Below are positions 18,589-28,173 of a stretch of DNA of 62,365 nt, piece by piece. The position numbers and the translations under genes are program-made. The stretch covers positions 1-62,365 of IMG/VR virus record IMGVR_UViG_3300018868_000006; one strand, written 5' to 3'. This stretch comes from a virus (lineage: Duplodnaviria > Caudoviricetes). The notes beneath the pieces are model-generated. The model was not told where the DNA came from, made no database searches, and worked only from the letters and a program-made list of their open reading frames with translations. The stretch's first letter is position 1. Every line of letters starts with the position of its first letter.

Positions 18589-19382
18589 TGTCTACCCGCA
18601 TCAGCAGCCTTACTACAGAGGCAAACCCACAGACAAACATTCTCCTGCCTTGTTTGGTATCTGGAGTTACACGGAAGGTTACGCTAAACTCAGTTCTTAA
18701 TTCCGTTACTGGTGGAACAGTAATAGCTGCGAATGTAACTGGTGGTTCTGGTATATCGGTTGCAATCGAGGGGACTGGGGATGCAAAGAGTTTAACTGTT
18801 TCCTTTAATGTGCCCGGGGTAATTGTTCCTTTCGCTGGGGGAGCCACAACCGAACCTTCGGGTTGGCTTTTCTGCAACGGACAAGCAATTTCTAGATCCG
18901 ACTACTCCTCTTTGTTTGGCGTGGTCGGCACTACCTATGGTAGCGGAAACGGCACAACTACATTCAACATCCCAGACCTACGTGGACGAATTCCATTTGG
19001 CGTTGCCGCAAATTCTTCAACAGCAAGTCCTTTAAATGGAGCAACCTTTGGTTCTGGAAACTTTCACACCTTAGCCTCTTCAGGCGGACAAGAAAACCAT
19101 CTAATAACCGCCGCCCAAACTCCAGTTAAAGATCATACTCATTCTGCCTCTGGTTCGATGACTGTGTTCGGTGACTACTCCGATACCCAAAATTGGGATG
19201 ACCCAAATGTTGGCCCACCAGAAAACTATTCAGATTATGGAAACTTGGGTGAAATTGCTCCCGGCACTCAAAAAACTATATCCTCTACTGCCAGTTCTTC
19301 TGCTCTCGCCCCTGTTGCAGCCGCCCTACCGCATTCAAATATTCCCCCAGTAATAGTTCTAAGTTACCTAATAAAGACATAA
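18588..19382 (+). CDS. Tail collar domain protein 1
   Basis: PSGWLFCNGQAISR...FNIPDLRGR; C-terminal HSNIPP. Confidence 0.9.
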   Translation: MSTRISSLTTEANPQTNILLPCLVSGVTRKVTLNSVLNSVTGGTVIAANVTGGSGISVAIEGTGDAKSLTVSFNVPGVIVPFAGGATTEPSGWLFCNGQAISRSDYSSLFGVVGTTYGSGNGTTTFNIPDLRGRIPFGVAANSSTASPLNGATFGSGNFHTLASSGGQENHLITAAQTPVKDHTHSASGSMTVFGDYSDTQNWDDPNVGPPENYSDYGNLGEIAPGTQKTISSTASSSALAPVAAALPHSNIPPVIVLSYLIKT

Positions 19383-19384
19383 TT

Positions 19385-20134
19385 ATGCCAAACTTTAAAG
19401 TGACCAACTTAACAACTGCAAATGCTGTTGCAGAGGATTCTGTTTTACCTTGTCTCCAGAACGGAGTCACAAAACAAATATCTGTTCTTCAGATTAAAAA
19501 CTTCTTTGACGATGGAACAGTAACTCAAATATCGTCAGGGGAGGCTATACGTTGTGACCCAAACCCAATTACGGTCAGTGGTACTATATCGTTCTCAAGC
19601 CCCGGCTTAATGTCGCTTTATGCTGGCTCATCTGACCCTAGTGGTTGGCTTATTTGTGATGGTAGGTCTTTGGCTGTTTCGCAGTACTCAGACTTATTTA
19701 GCTCTATTGGTTATACTTATGGCGGCTCGGGAGCCAATTTTAACATACCCAACTTAGTTGGACGCTCTGTTTTTGGCTTAGACAACATGGAACTAGGCGC
19801 AGCTGGTAGGGTTACGGTTGCTGGCTCTTCCACGCTTGGGCAGACCGCTGGTAGCAGGCAACACACACTTTCAGCCGATCAAACACCGCTTGTGAGCCAT
19901 ACGCATTCATTCTCGGGGAGCTTTAACTTCAACGCAGACCCAAAAAGGACTGGTAATAATTCTAGCCATGCGACGGGATTCCCACGATCTAGCTTTAATA
20001 CTAGCAGTGGAGGAGCCAACACGTCTTTAACCTTAAGCATTAACACTTCATCTTCAGCTACAGGAGCAAATGCGCCAGAGGCGCACCCAAACCTACCGCC
20101 CTTCTTGCTCTTAAACTGGATTATAAAAATATGA
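19385..20134 (+). CDS. Tail collar domain protein 2
   Basis: PSGWLICDG...FNIPNLVGR; HPNLPP. Confidence 0.9.
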   Translation: MPNFKVTNLTTANAVAEDSVLPCLQNGVTKQISVLQIKNFFDDGTVTQISSGEAIRCDPNPITVSGTISFSSPGLMSLYAGSSDPSGWLICDGRSLAVSQYSDLFSSIGYTYGGSGANFNIPNLVGRSVFGLDNMELGAAGRVTVAGSSTLGQTAGSRQHTLSADQTPLVSHTHSFSGSFNFNADPKRTGNNSSHATGFPRSSFNTSSGGANTSLTLSINTSSSATGANAPEAHPNLPPFLLLNWIIKI

Positions 20135-20898
20135 ATATATCTTATTTACCCGAAGTCGTTAGCCCAACAGGCGATCTGACCATCCCAGTAGTCTCGCAAG
20201 GACAATCTAAAAAAGTATTACTTAGTACCCTAGGGACTACTTTTTCTGGCTCTGGAAACGTTTCAAGGGTTGTTTCGGGTAACAATATTATGTTAAACCC
20301 GTCCACAATTACAAAAACAGGGGTTGCTAACTTCTATTTTCCAGGCTCTCTTTATCCTCTCCCAAGCACAAACATCCCGGCTGGTTGGCTTCTTTGCCAA
20401 GGTCAGGAAGTTTCTCGGGTGGCTTATAAGAACTTATTTGATGTCATTGGTGTAAGTTATGGGCCGGGAGACAATCGAATCACCTTCAATTTACCCGATC
20501 TACGAGGTCGAACCATTGTCGGGCTTGAAACTATGGGTGGCTCCGTTTCCTCGGGGCGTTTAACTAATTCTAGACCTGGCAACCTAGATGCGTCTGTTCG
20601 AGGCAACACAGGCGGGAATCAATCCCATACCCTTATAAGCCAAGAGGTCGGCTTACAATCTCACAACCATACTCATAGCCTAACTGCAAGTTTTGGAGGG
20701 GATGTGGAGAGGGGTAATACGGGAAATGGTGGGGATGGGGGTGAATCTGGTCGCTTCCCCCCTGGTTCGAGCCTAGGCAGTTCGCGTGCAGTAACCCTAA
20801 ACTACTCTTTTACAAATAACGCAGCTTCGAACTCCTCAGCAACAAGTCATCCAAATCTCCCACCCCTTGTCTTTTTAAATTGGGTGATAAAGTTCTGA
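20131..20898 (+). CDS. Tail collar domain protein 3
   Basis: PAGWLLCQG...FNLPDLRGR; HPNLPP. Confidence 0.9.
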   Translation: MNISYLPEVVSPTGDLTIPVVSQGQSKKVLLSTLGTTFSGSGNVSRVVSGNNIMLNPSTITKTGVANFYFPGSLYPLPSTNIPAGWLLCQGQEVSRVAYKNLFDVIGVSYGPGDNRITFNLPDLRGRTIVGLETMGGSVSSGRLTNSRPGNLDASVRGNTGGNQSHTLISQEVGLQSHNHTHSLTASFGGDVERGNTGNGGDGGESGRFPPGSSLGSSRAVTLNYSFTNNAASNSSATSHPNLPPLVFLNWVIKF

Positions 20899-20899
20899 T

Positions 20900-21268
20900 A
20901 TGGCTCTAATTTCTGGCTCGCTTCCTCCTCAAACCTGTTACGGAACGCCCCAGCAACTATTGGATTTGTTTGCGCAATATCTCTCGCCACCCACGCAAAA
21001 TGTAGTTTTAGAAGGTACGCTTACCTATGATTTTCCAGTTAACCCAAACTCGACTGTTGGGAGCAACAGCACGGCAACCTTAAGTGTGGCTGGGGCAAGC
21101 GTGGGAGACCCTGTTTTGGTGGGACTACCTTCAAGCCCTACGTCGGGCGTTGTGTTTGATGCTTATGTGGCTTCCCCCAACAGCGTAACAGTAAGATGTA
21201 ACTACCTAACCACAACCGCCAACCCAGGATCACAAACCTTTAAGATCAAGGTTTTCAAGGTTTCCTAA
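20900..21268 (+). CDS. Small beta-sandwich virion protein
   Basis: VAGASVGDPVLV...AYV...VTVR pattern. Confidence 0.6.
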   Translation: MALISGSLPPQTCYGTPQQLLDLFAQYLSPPTQNVVLEGTLTYDFPVNPNSTVGSNSTATLSVAGASVGDPVLVGLPSSPTSGVVFDAYVASPNSVTVRCNYLTTTANPGSQTFKIKVFKVS

Positions 21269-22552
21269 ATGCCGCTCACCCTTCTTGAAGCCAAGGCGGC
21301 GCTTTCACCTTTTGTCGATAATGGCGTTTGCCCAACTGATTCTCGAGTTGTAGCCAGAATTAACGAGGCACAGCGAAGACTACATAGTCTTCGTGCTTGG
21401 CTTGGCGTTCTCGCAAGGTATTCCGTCACCGTCGTTAATAATCAGTTTACCCTCCCGCCAGCTACCTCAAACATCACTACTCCCGCTGGTTTTGGTCTTG
21501 AGAGTGCAATGCGAGTTTCCTCGACAACTTCTGCGGAAGGTTTTCTGACCAACGGGATTCAAGCATACTTAACCGACACCACAGACGTCCTACCCCTAAA
21601 CTTTGTCCCGTCATCAAGCGATTTTCGAACCTACTCAATTGAGGGTCAGGCTCCAGCTCGAGTCGAGATTACTGGTAAATTAAACTTTGTAGCGGCCGCT
21701 TCGGATACTGACCTTCTGATTATTGACGACGTGGATGCCCTCAAGCTTATGATTTTGGCTCTGTACCGCGAGGAGAACAATCAACTTGAATTAGCCCAAG
21801 CTCTCGAAAATAAAGCAGTCGAACGTTTAACTTCTAAAACAGATCAAGCTCTAGAATCTGCGAGGAGGATTAATTTCCAAACCAAACGAGCCAGCACGAT
21901 CCCAAACAGCCTGGGAGATATGCGAGCCAAGCTTGCTTTAGACTTAAACCTAGGGATTAGAACTTCCGACGCTGAAATGGTTGAATTACTCAATACTGCG
22001 GAGGAAGCCTTGTTCGCCAGAGGGTGCTGGTATGGGACGATTGAGACCTACCGAGTCAACGTCACCAACACCAATGAGATTCTTTTGCCCACCCAAATTG
22101 GGACTGTGCTTGGGATTACTATGGGAGGATCTTCCGTTTCCGTATTTGATCGAAGATATGATTTCCATGAAAACGGTCCTGGTTACCAAGAAAAAGATAC
22201 CTCGGGTTATGATATGCTTATCGATCGAGGTGAAGTCTATGTAAACAATGAGTGGAAGCGGCGTTATTTTATCCGAGATTCAAAAGCTGTTGAATGCGTG
22301 AACATCTTGGCCAAGAAAAGGTGGTTACCTAAGTATCGAGATAGCGAAAAGATGGATATACGGAACTACCCCGCGATCAAAGAAATGGTGCAGGCTCTAA
22401 AAAGCCAAGAGCCAGAAAAAGTCGTTTTCTACGAAAACAAAGCAATCGCGTTATTGCAAAAAGAACTTTCAGAGATGCGAGGAGGAGCCAAGGGACACAT
22501 TCAAGTGCAAATGAAGAACTTTGCATTGAGCGAAATCCCTTCCTTAATGTAA
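21269..22552 (+). CDS. Head-tail adaptor-like protein with internal duplication
   Basis: Two similar halves (INEAQRRL..W / LNTAEEAL..W; ENKA in both). Confidence 0.6.
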   Translation: MPLTLLEAKAALSPFVDNGVCPTDSRVVARINEAQRRLHSLRAWLGVLARYSVTVVNNQFTLPPATSNITTPAGFGLESAMRVSSTTSAEGFLTNGIQAYLTDTTDVLPLNFVPSSSDFRTYSIEGQAPARVEITGKLNFVAAASDTDLLIIDDVDALKLMILALYREENNQLELAQALENKAVERLTSKTDQALESARRINFQTKRASTIPNSLGDMRAKLALDLNLGIRTSDAEMVELLNTAEEALFARGCWYGTIETYRVNVTNTNEILLPTQIGTVLGITMGGSSVSVFDRRYDFHENGPGYQEKDTSGYDMLIDRGEVYVNNEWKRRYFIRDSKAVECVNILAKKRWLPKYRDSEKMDIRNYPAIKEMVQALKSQEPEKVVFYENKAIALLQKELSEMRGGAKGHIQVQMKNFALSEIPSLM

Positions 22553-22731
22553 TGGCCTTTCAAGTTACACCCGTTTGCGACGAGATTGCGCCGACGTTAA
22601 CAACGTTGTGTGAAGACGTAGCCTCTACGGCTGTAGCTTTGTGTGCGTCGCTTAACTCTTGGCAGAGCTACACGCTTATCCCTGGCGAGAAATGGAACAA
22701 TGTTTACCTTATGTGGAACTTTGCCGAATGA
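22552..22731 (+). CDS. 59-aa hypothetical protein (not in ORF track)
   Basis: MAFQVTPVC...WNFAE; TAATG and ATGA overlaps with neighbours. Confidence 0.55.
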   Translation: MAFQVTPVCDEIAPTLTTLCEDVASTAVALCASLNSWQSYTLIPGEKWNNVYLMWNFAE

Positions 22732-25727
22732 GTACGCTCTTTGATCGCACGATTGCCGAGAGCTATAAAGAGCTCTTAAAGACGGCCTCAACCGACGGCG
22801 TAAACTCGTCTCTAACGATTGTCGAGGATGGGGACGCAACAGCTTCAGCCCTCCAGATTTCAACGACAACAGTCAAGTCTTCTGGAAGTCTCGAGGTTGT
22901 AGGTCCCGCAACTCTTGCTTCAACTCTCTCGGTTACTGGCGCCTCCACGCTTACTGGAAATGTCTCAATGGGTGGGGATCTGACAGTTGCTGGAAATGCT
23001 GTTATCCAGGGGACTCTGACGGCTAATGGTGGAACTTTGACACTTGGTGACGCAGACACGGACAACGTTGTTTTTAACGCTGACATCAACTCTCACATTC
23101 TCCCCAATACGGATAACACGTACGACCTAGGCTCTGCCGCCAAGAGCTGGAGAAACCTCCACATCGACGGCACAGCTACACTTAACAATCTCTCAATTAC
23201 TGGTTCTCAGACTGTGTCCGCAACAACCCAGTCAACGGACAAGGACACAGGCGCTCTAGTGATCGAGGGAGGTGTTGGGATTGAGAAGAACGCCAACATT
23301 GGCGGAACCCTTGGGGTCACTGGGTCAACCACGCTTTCCAATACTTTGGGGGTTTCGGGAGCCACCACACTTTCCTCCACACTCGGCGTCTCCGATACGA
23401 TTTCCGCAACTAAAGCTACTGGGACAGGACTGGCCGTCACCAGCAACGCGACTATCGGGGGAACCCTCGGGGTTACTGGTGCTTCAACTCTCACGGGGAA
23501 CGCCTCGCTCGGCGGAACCTTGGGGGTCACCGGGGATGTTGCAGTCAACACCAACAAGTTCGTCGTAACGGCCGCCAGCGGAAACACTTCAGTCGCTGGC
23601 ACTCTCGGGGTTACCAACGCGACAACGCTTTCCAGCACACTCGGTGTAACGGGTAACACCACCCTAACAGGAAACCTTACGGCTAACGCCAACACGACCC
23701 TAGGTGACGCAAACACCGATACGGTTACCTTCAACGCCAGAGCCGCCTCCAATCTTGTTCCCGCAACCGATGACACCCACGACCTAGGTTCTTCAACTTT
23801 GGAGTGGAAAGATCTTTACGTCGACGGCACGGCAAAAGTCGACACCTTAACTGTGGACGAGAATGCAACAGTTGCTGGAAACCTAACAGTTACTGGCGAT
23901 CTGACGATCAATGGTGCGACGACCAACATCAACACGACAAACCTTGTGGTTGAGGACAAAAACGTAATTCTCGGGGACGTCGCCACACCGACCAACACCA
24001 CAGCCGACGGCGGCGGGATCACTCTTAAGGGAACAACCGACAAGACCCTCAACTGGGTCAACGCCACCAATGCCTGGACATCGAGCGAAGATTTCAACCT
24101 AGTTTCGGGGAAGGTATACGAGATCAACGGAACTTCGGTTCTTTCTGCAACTTCGCTCGGTAGCGGAGTTACTGGTTCGTCGCTGACCAGCGTTGGAGCC
24201 ATCGGGACGGGAACGTGGCAGGGAACAATTGTCGACCCGACCTACGGCGGAACTGGGGTCAACAACGCTGGGAAGACTGTCACCTTAGGCGGAAGCTTAA
24301 CGACAAGCGGAGCTCACACGACCACCTTGACTACGACTGGCAACACCAGCGTAACCCTCCCAACCACGGGAACCTTAGCCACCCTAGCCGGAACCGAAAC
24401 GCTCACCAACAAATCGATCAACCTCGCTAACAACACCCTGACGGCTACGTCCTCTCAGATTGCCTCTGCCGTCACAGATGAAACTGGAAGCGGAAGCCTA
24501 GTATTTGCAAACTCCCCAACGCTCACGACTCCAAATATTTCTTCAATCGTTAACACGGGAACTTTGTCGCTACCTACAAGCACCGACACTTTGGTTGGGA
24601 GAGCGACGACCGACACGCTAACCAACAAGACAATTAATCTTTCCAGCAACACCCTCTTGGCTACTTCGGCTCAACTAGCGACTGCTATATCTGACGAGAC
24701 TGGAACCGGGTCACTGGTATTTGCAAATAGCCCAACCCTAGTTACCCCAACCCTTGGGGCAGCGAGTGCGACGTCGCTCTCTTTGACCAACGCTTTATCA
24801 GTAGCCAACGGAGGAACTGGGCGCACAACTGCTGGTCCAGCAAATACATTTGTTGGGGTTAATTCCGACGGCACAGCCTTCGAAAATAAGACACTAACCT
24901 CAGGCACTGGGATTAGTATCTCCGACGTTGCTGGGACTGTCACAATTACAAATACTGGGGGCGGGGGAAGTGGAGGAGGGGGGTCAGCAAGTGGAGCTGT
25001 TGCGATCTATCGCTACAACGCTACCGCTGGGCAAACAGTATTCAGCGGAGCTGACACCTCAACGCCTTCAACAAGCCTTGTCTATACGCCAAAGTATCTA
25101 AGCGTTTATCTGAACGGAGTGAAACTTGACGATTCCGACTTCACGGCCACCAACGGAACTTCAATCACTCTTAGTGTGGCTTGCGCCGTTAACGACGACG
25201 TTGACATAGTTGCTTTTGGTGCTGTTCCGCAACTGGCTAGCCCCGGCCTAGCTAATTACGTTGTTGGGACAAACTCGGGCGGAACCTCTTTGGAATATAA
25301 ACAGATTGTGGCTGGGAATGGTGTGTCAATTGCTCAAGGGGTTGGCTCTTTAACTATTTCTGCTTCTGGAGCTAGCCCGATATCAGCAGCTTTGGCCTCC
25401 TTTCGATATATCGCAAGCGCGAACCAAACTCTCTTTACAGGCGTCGACACCAACGGCAATCCCTTACTCTTCACCCCTGGGTTTATTTACGTCTTTATAA
25501 ACGGAATTCTGTTGGCTCCTACATTGGATTACACAACCACAGGATCTGGAACAATTACGCTAGTCAGCGGATGCTCGGCATCTGACTTTGTGGACATCCT
25601 AGCCTTTGGGCAGGTCACGACTATTGGGATAGCTGACAACTCTGTGACCTATGCTAAATTAGATTCCACAGCAAAAGGAACACTAACAGGAAAATCAATC
25701 GCAATGACTATTGTATTTGGAGGATAA
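22728..25727 (+). CDS. Long tail fibre
   Basis: Many TLGVTGATTL repeats, TLTNKTI repeats, two ATAGQT.F...VYLNGV modules; start MSTLFDR. Confidence 0.85.
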   Translation: MSTLFDRTIAESYKELLKTASTDGVNSSLTIVEDGDATASALQISTTTVKSSGSLEVVGPATLASTLSVTGASTLTGNVSMGGDLTVAGNAVIQGTLTANGGTLTLGDADTDNVVFNADINSHILPNTDNTYDLGSAAKSWRNLHIDGTATLNNLSITGSQTVSATTQSTDKDTGALVIEGGVGIEKNANIGGTLGVTGSTTLSNTLGVSGATTLSSTLGVSDTISATKATGTGLAVTSNATIGGTLGVTGASTLTGNASLGGTLGVTGDVAVNTNKFVVTAASGNTSVAGTLGVTNATTLSSTLGVTGNTTLTGNLTANANTTLGDANTDTVTFNARAASNLVPATDDTHDLGSSTLEWKDLYVDGTAKVDTLTVDENATVAGNLTVTGDLTINGATTNINTTNLVVEDKNVILGDVATPTNTTADGGGITLKGTTDKTLNWVNATNAWTSSEDFNLVSGKVYEINGTSVLSATSLGSGVTGSSLTSVGAIGTGTWQGTIVDPTYGGTGVNNAGKTVTLGGSLTTSGAHTTTLTTTGNTSVTLPTTGTLATLAGTETLTNKSINLANNTLTATSSQIASAVTDETGSGSLVFANSPTLTTPNISSIVNTGTLSLPTSTDTLVGRATTDTLTNKTINLSSNTLLATSAQLATAISDETGTGSLVFANSPTLVTPTLGAASATSLSLTNALSVANGGTGRTTAGPANTFVGVNSDGTAFENKTLTSGTGISISDVAGTVTITNTGGGGSGGGGSASGAVAIYRYNATAGQTVFSGADTSTPSTSLVYTPKYLSVYLNGVKLDDSDFTATNGTSITLSVACAVNDDVDIVAFGAVPQLASPGLANYVVGTNSGGTSLEYKQIVAGNGVSIAQGVGSLTISASGASPISAALASFRYIASANQTLFTGVDTNGNPLLFTPGFIYVFINGILLAPTLDYTTTGSGTITLVSGCSASDFVDILAFGQVTTIGIADNSVTYAKLDSTAKGTLTGKSIAMTIVFGG

Positions 25728-25731
25728 TTCT

Positions 25732-26085
25732 ATGGCAGCACCCAACATCGTAAATGTAGCAACGATTACTGGCAAAACAGCAGTCCAGGCTATCACAACT
25801 TCTGCAACCGCTATCGTTACAAACACGTCTGGAAGTAACAAGGTATTCAAAATAAATGCTCTCTACGTTAGCAACATAGACGGTGTAAATAGTGCTACTG
25901 CAAATGTAGACATATTTAGATCATCCGTAGCCTATCGGATTGCCAACACGATTACTGTTCCAGCCGACGCAACATTAGATGTCGTCACTAAGGCAATCTA
26001 TTTAGAGGAAGGAGACAGCCTTCGCCTTACGGCGAGTGCTTCAAGCAGGCTTGAAGCCGTCTGTTCTTACGAGGAAATTTCCTAA
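25732..26085 (+). CDS. Fibre-associated adaptor protein
   Basis: MAAPNIVNV...IYLEEGDSLR...SYEEIS, common phage fibre-linked family. Confidence 0.7.
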   Translation: MAAPNIVNVATITGKTAVQAITTSATAIVTNTSGSNKVFKINALYVSNIDGVNSATANVDIFRSSVAYRIANTITVPADATLDVVTKAIYLEEGDSLRLTASASSRLEAVCSYEEIS

Positions 26086-27038
26086 TGGCTAATTGGAATG
26101 GGGGTGTTCTTGGCGTTGCCAATAACCCTACCCAACTGCTTGCTTCTGGGCGGTGGAGTCTGCCAGAAGTGTTTGTAGCTAATCTGAATGGGAATTGGCC
26201 ATCTATGGCTCCTCCATCGGTTGAGTACCTTGTGATTGCTGGGGGTGGTGGCGGTGGATCTGGATACGGTGGTGGCGGAGGTGGGGCTGGTGGTTATAGA
26301 GCATCCACCTTGTCGGTTAGCGGTGGGGTCAACTATACGATTACGGTGGGGGCAGGGGCTGGTGGCGCACCAGCTAATGTTGCTCCAGACGGGTCTCCTT
26401 CTGTTTTCAGTACGATTACTTCAGCTGGGGGTGGTGGTGGTGGTGGCTATAGCGCTGTTCCTGGGGGAAGCGGAGGTTCTGGCGGTGGCGGCGGGTCTCA
26501 CGATTGTTTCGGTGGCTCAAGTGGATGTACAGTAGCGGGGGGTTCTGGGAACACGCCTGCTACTTCACCAAGCCAGGGGAACAATGGCGGTCTTGGCGGC
26601 AGAAGCGGAAGCCCTCTTGGAGGAGGTGGCGGAGGAGGTAGCGGCGGCGTTGGTGGAAACTATGTTGCCCACCAAGGAGGCGCTGGCGGTGCTGGGACAC
26701 CTTCTTCGATTACTGGGACGAGTGTTACTCGTGCTGGCGGTGGTGGAGGTGGTGGTGGAGTTGGGGCAACGGGTAATTCGGGAGGAAGCGGAGGGGGTGG
26801 CAACGGATCAAGTGCGTCTACCGGCACTGGCGGTGACGCAACAATAAACACGGGTAGCGGTGGTGGCGGGGGCGGACAACTTGGTGGAGGAACTGGTGGG
26901 TCTGGGGCAAAAGGGGTAGTGATTATTCGCCACTCTGACGCATTCCCAGCGGCCACAACTACTGGAAGCCCGACGCTAACAACCGCTGGTGGGTTCAGAA
27001 TCTACACCTTTAACGATTCGGGAACCATTCTCTGGTAA
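26085..27038 (+). CDS. Glycine-rich adhesin-like protein
   Basis: VEYLVIAGGGGGG, poly-Gly tracts, GVVIIR. Confidence 0.8.
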   Translation: MANWNGGVLGVANNPTQLLASGRWSLPEVFVANLNGNWPSMAPPSVEYLVIAGGGGGGSGYGGGGGGAGGYRASTLSVSGGVNYTITVGAGAGGAPANVAPDGSPSVFSTITSAGGGGGGGYSAVPGGSGGSGGGGGSHDCFGGSSGCTVAGGSGNTPATSPSQGNNGGLGGRSGSPLGGGGGGGSGGVGGNYVAHQGGAGGAGTPSSITGTSVTRAGGGGGGGGVGATGNSGGSGGGGNGSSASTGTGGDATINTGSGGGGGGQLGGGTGGSGAKGVVIIRHSDAFPAATTTGSPTLTTAGGFRIYTFNDSGTILW

Positions 27039-27042
27039 TTTT

Positions 27043-27423
27043 ATGGCGTACTTTGCACAGCTAAATTCAGATAACTTAGTCCAACAAGTAATTTCAGTAA
27101 ACAACTCTGTTGTAAACGAGCCAGACTACGCATTCCCACAAACGGAACCATTCGGCCAGGTGTTTATAAATCAAACCCTCAAGATTCCCGGAACTTGGAA
27201 ACAAACATCTTTTAACAAATCGTTCCGCAAAAACTATGCTGGCATCGGTTACACATACGATTCAGCTAGGGATGCCTTCATCCCACCTAAACCTTTCCCA
27301 AGCTGGATTCTTAACGAGGAGACGTGCTTGTGGGAATCTCCAATCCCATACCCCCAAGATGGTGGGGGACACATCTGGGATGAAGAGAGCAAAACCTGGG
27401 TAGTCACCCCATTGACTAACTAA
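27043..27423 (+). CDS. Conserved fibre-associated protein
   Basis: MAYFAQL...WKQTS...FRKNYAGIGYTYD...DAFIPPKPFPSW. Confidence 0.75.
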   Translation: MAYFAQLNSDNLVQQVISVNNSVVNEPDYAFPQTEPFGQVFINQTLKIPGTWKQTSFNKSFRKNYAGIGYTYDSARDAFIPPKPFPSWILNEETCLWESPIPYPQDGGGHIWDEESKTWVVTPLTN

Positions 27424-27444
27424 AAGTAAGGATAACATAGACCC

Positions 27445-28170
27445 ATGAGCAAAGCTCGCGACCTTTCTAAACTTCTAACAGATGGCCTAAGTTCGGTTCT
27501 AGCCGATAACAGCATTGGCCTCCCAAAACTTTCCAATATCACAACCGATCGGCTTGTTGGTCGAGATAGTGCTGGTACTGGAGCTATCGAGCAAATCTCA
27601 GTATCTGGCGGACTTGAATTCACGGATGCTACAGGCCTTCGCACTACTGCCTTTACTGGGGATGTGACAAAAGCCGCTGCCGGGACAGTTCTTACGATTG
27701 CCACCGATGCAGTCACCACAGCCAAAATCCTTAACGGAAACGTCACCGCCGCAAAGGTTAACACGAGTGAAGTAGCCGTTCTTGGAGCTGCTCAACAGTA
27801 CACTCGCACACACAACTTCACGGCAACTCCCTTAACGTTTGCATCTACGGTTGCTTGGGATCTGTCTTTGGCTCAAGTAGCTGTTCTCACTTTGACTGGA
27901 CCCGCGACGATGGGAACTCCAAGCGCCATTGCCGCTGGCGCGGTGTACATCTTGATTGTCAAACAAGACGCAGGTGGGGGGAAAACGCTATCATTCCCGT
28001 TCGGGTCTACTGGTGTCACAGGATATCGGTTCGCTGGAGCCACTACTTCATCTGGCGCACCAACGCTCAGCACTGGTGGCGGCAAGATCGACGTCATTAC
28101 CTTTGTTGCAAACACTCACACCGACGGAACAACACACCTTTACGGCGTATCGTCGTTGAACTACGCGTAA
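27445..28170 (+). CDS. Tail fibre protein
   Basis: MSKARDL start, AVTTAKI repeats, C-terminal AWDL...QDA.GG module. Confidence 0.75.
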   Translation: MSKARDLSKLLTDGLSSVLADNSIGLPKLSNITTDRLVGRDSAGTGAIEQISVSGGLEFTDATGLRTTAFTGDVTKAAAGTVLTIATDAVTTAKILNGNVTAAKVNTSEVAVLGAAQQYTRTHNFTATPLTFASTVAWDLSLAQVAVLTLTGPATMGTPSAIAAGAVYILIVKQDAGGGKTLSFPFGSTGVTGYRFAGATTSSGAPTLSTGGGKIDVITFVANTHTDGTTHLYGVSSLNYA

Positions 28171-28173
28171 GGT

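Noticed and set aside
23207-24943. Long antisense ORFs within fibre genes (also within scaffold, giant and VWA genes)
   Set aside because: Shadow frames caused by codon and amino-acid bias of the sense genes
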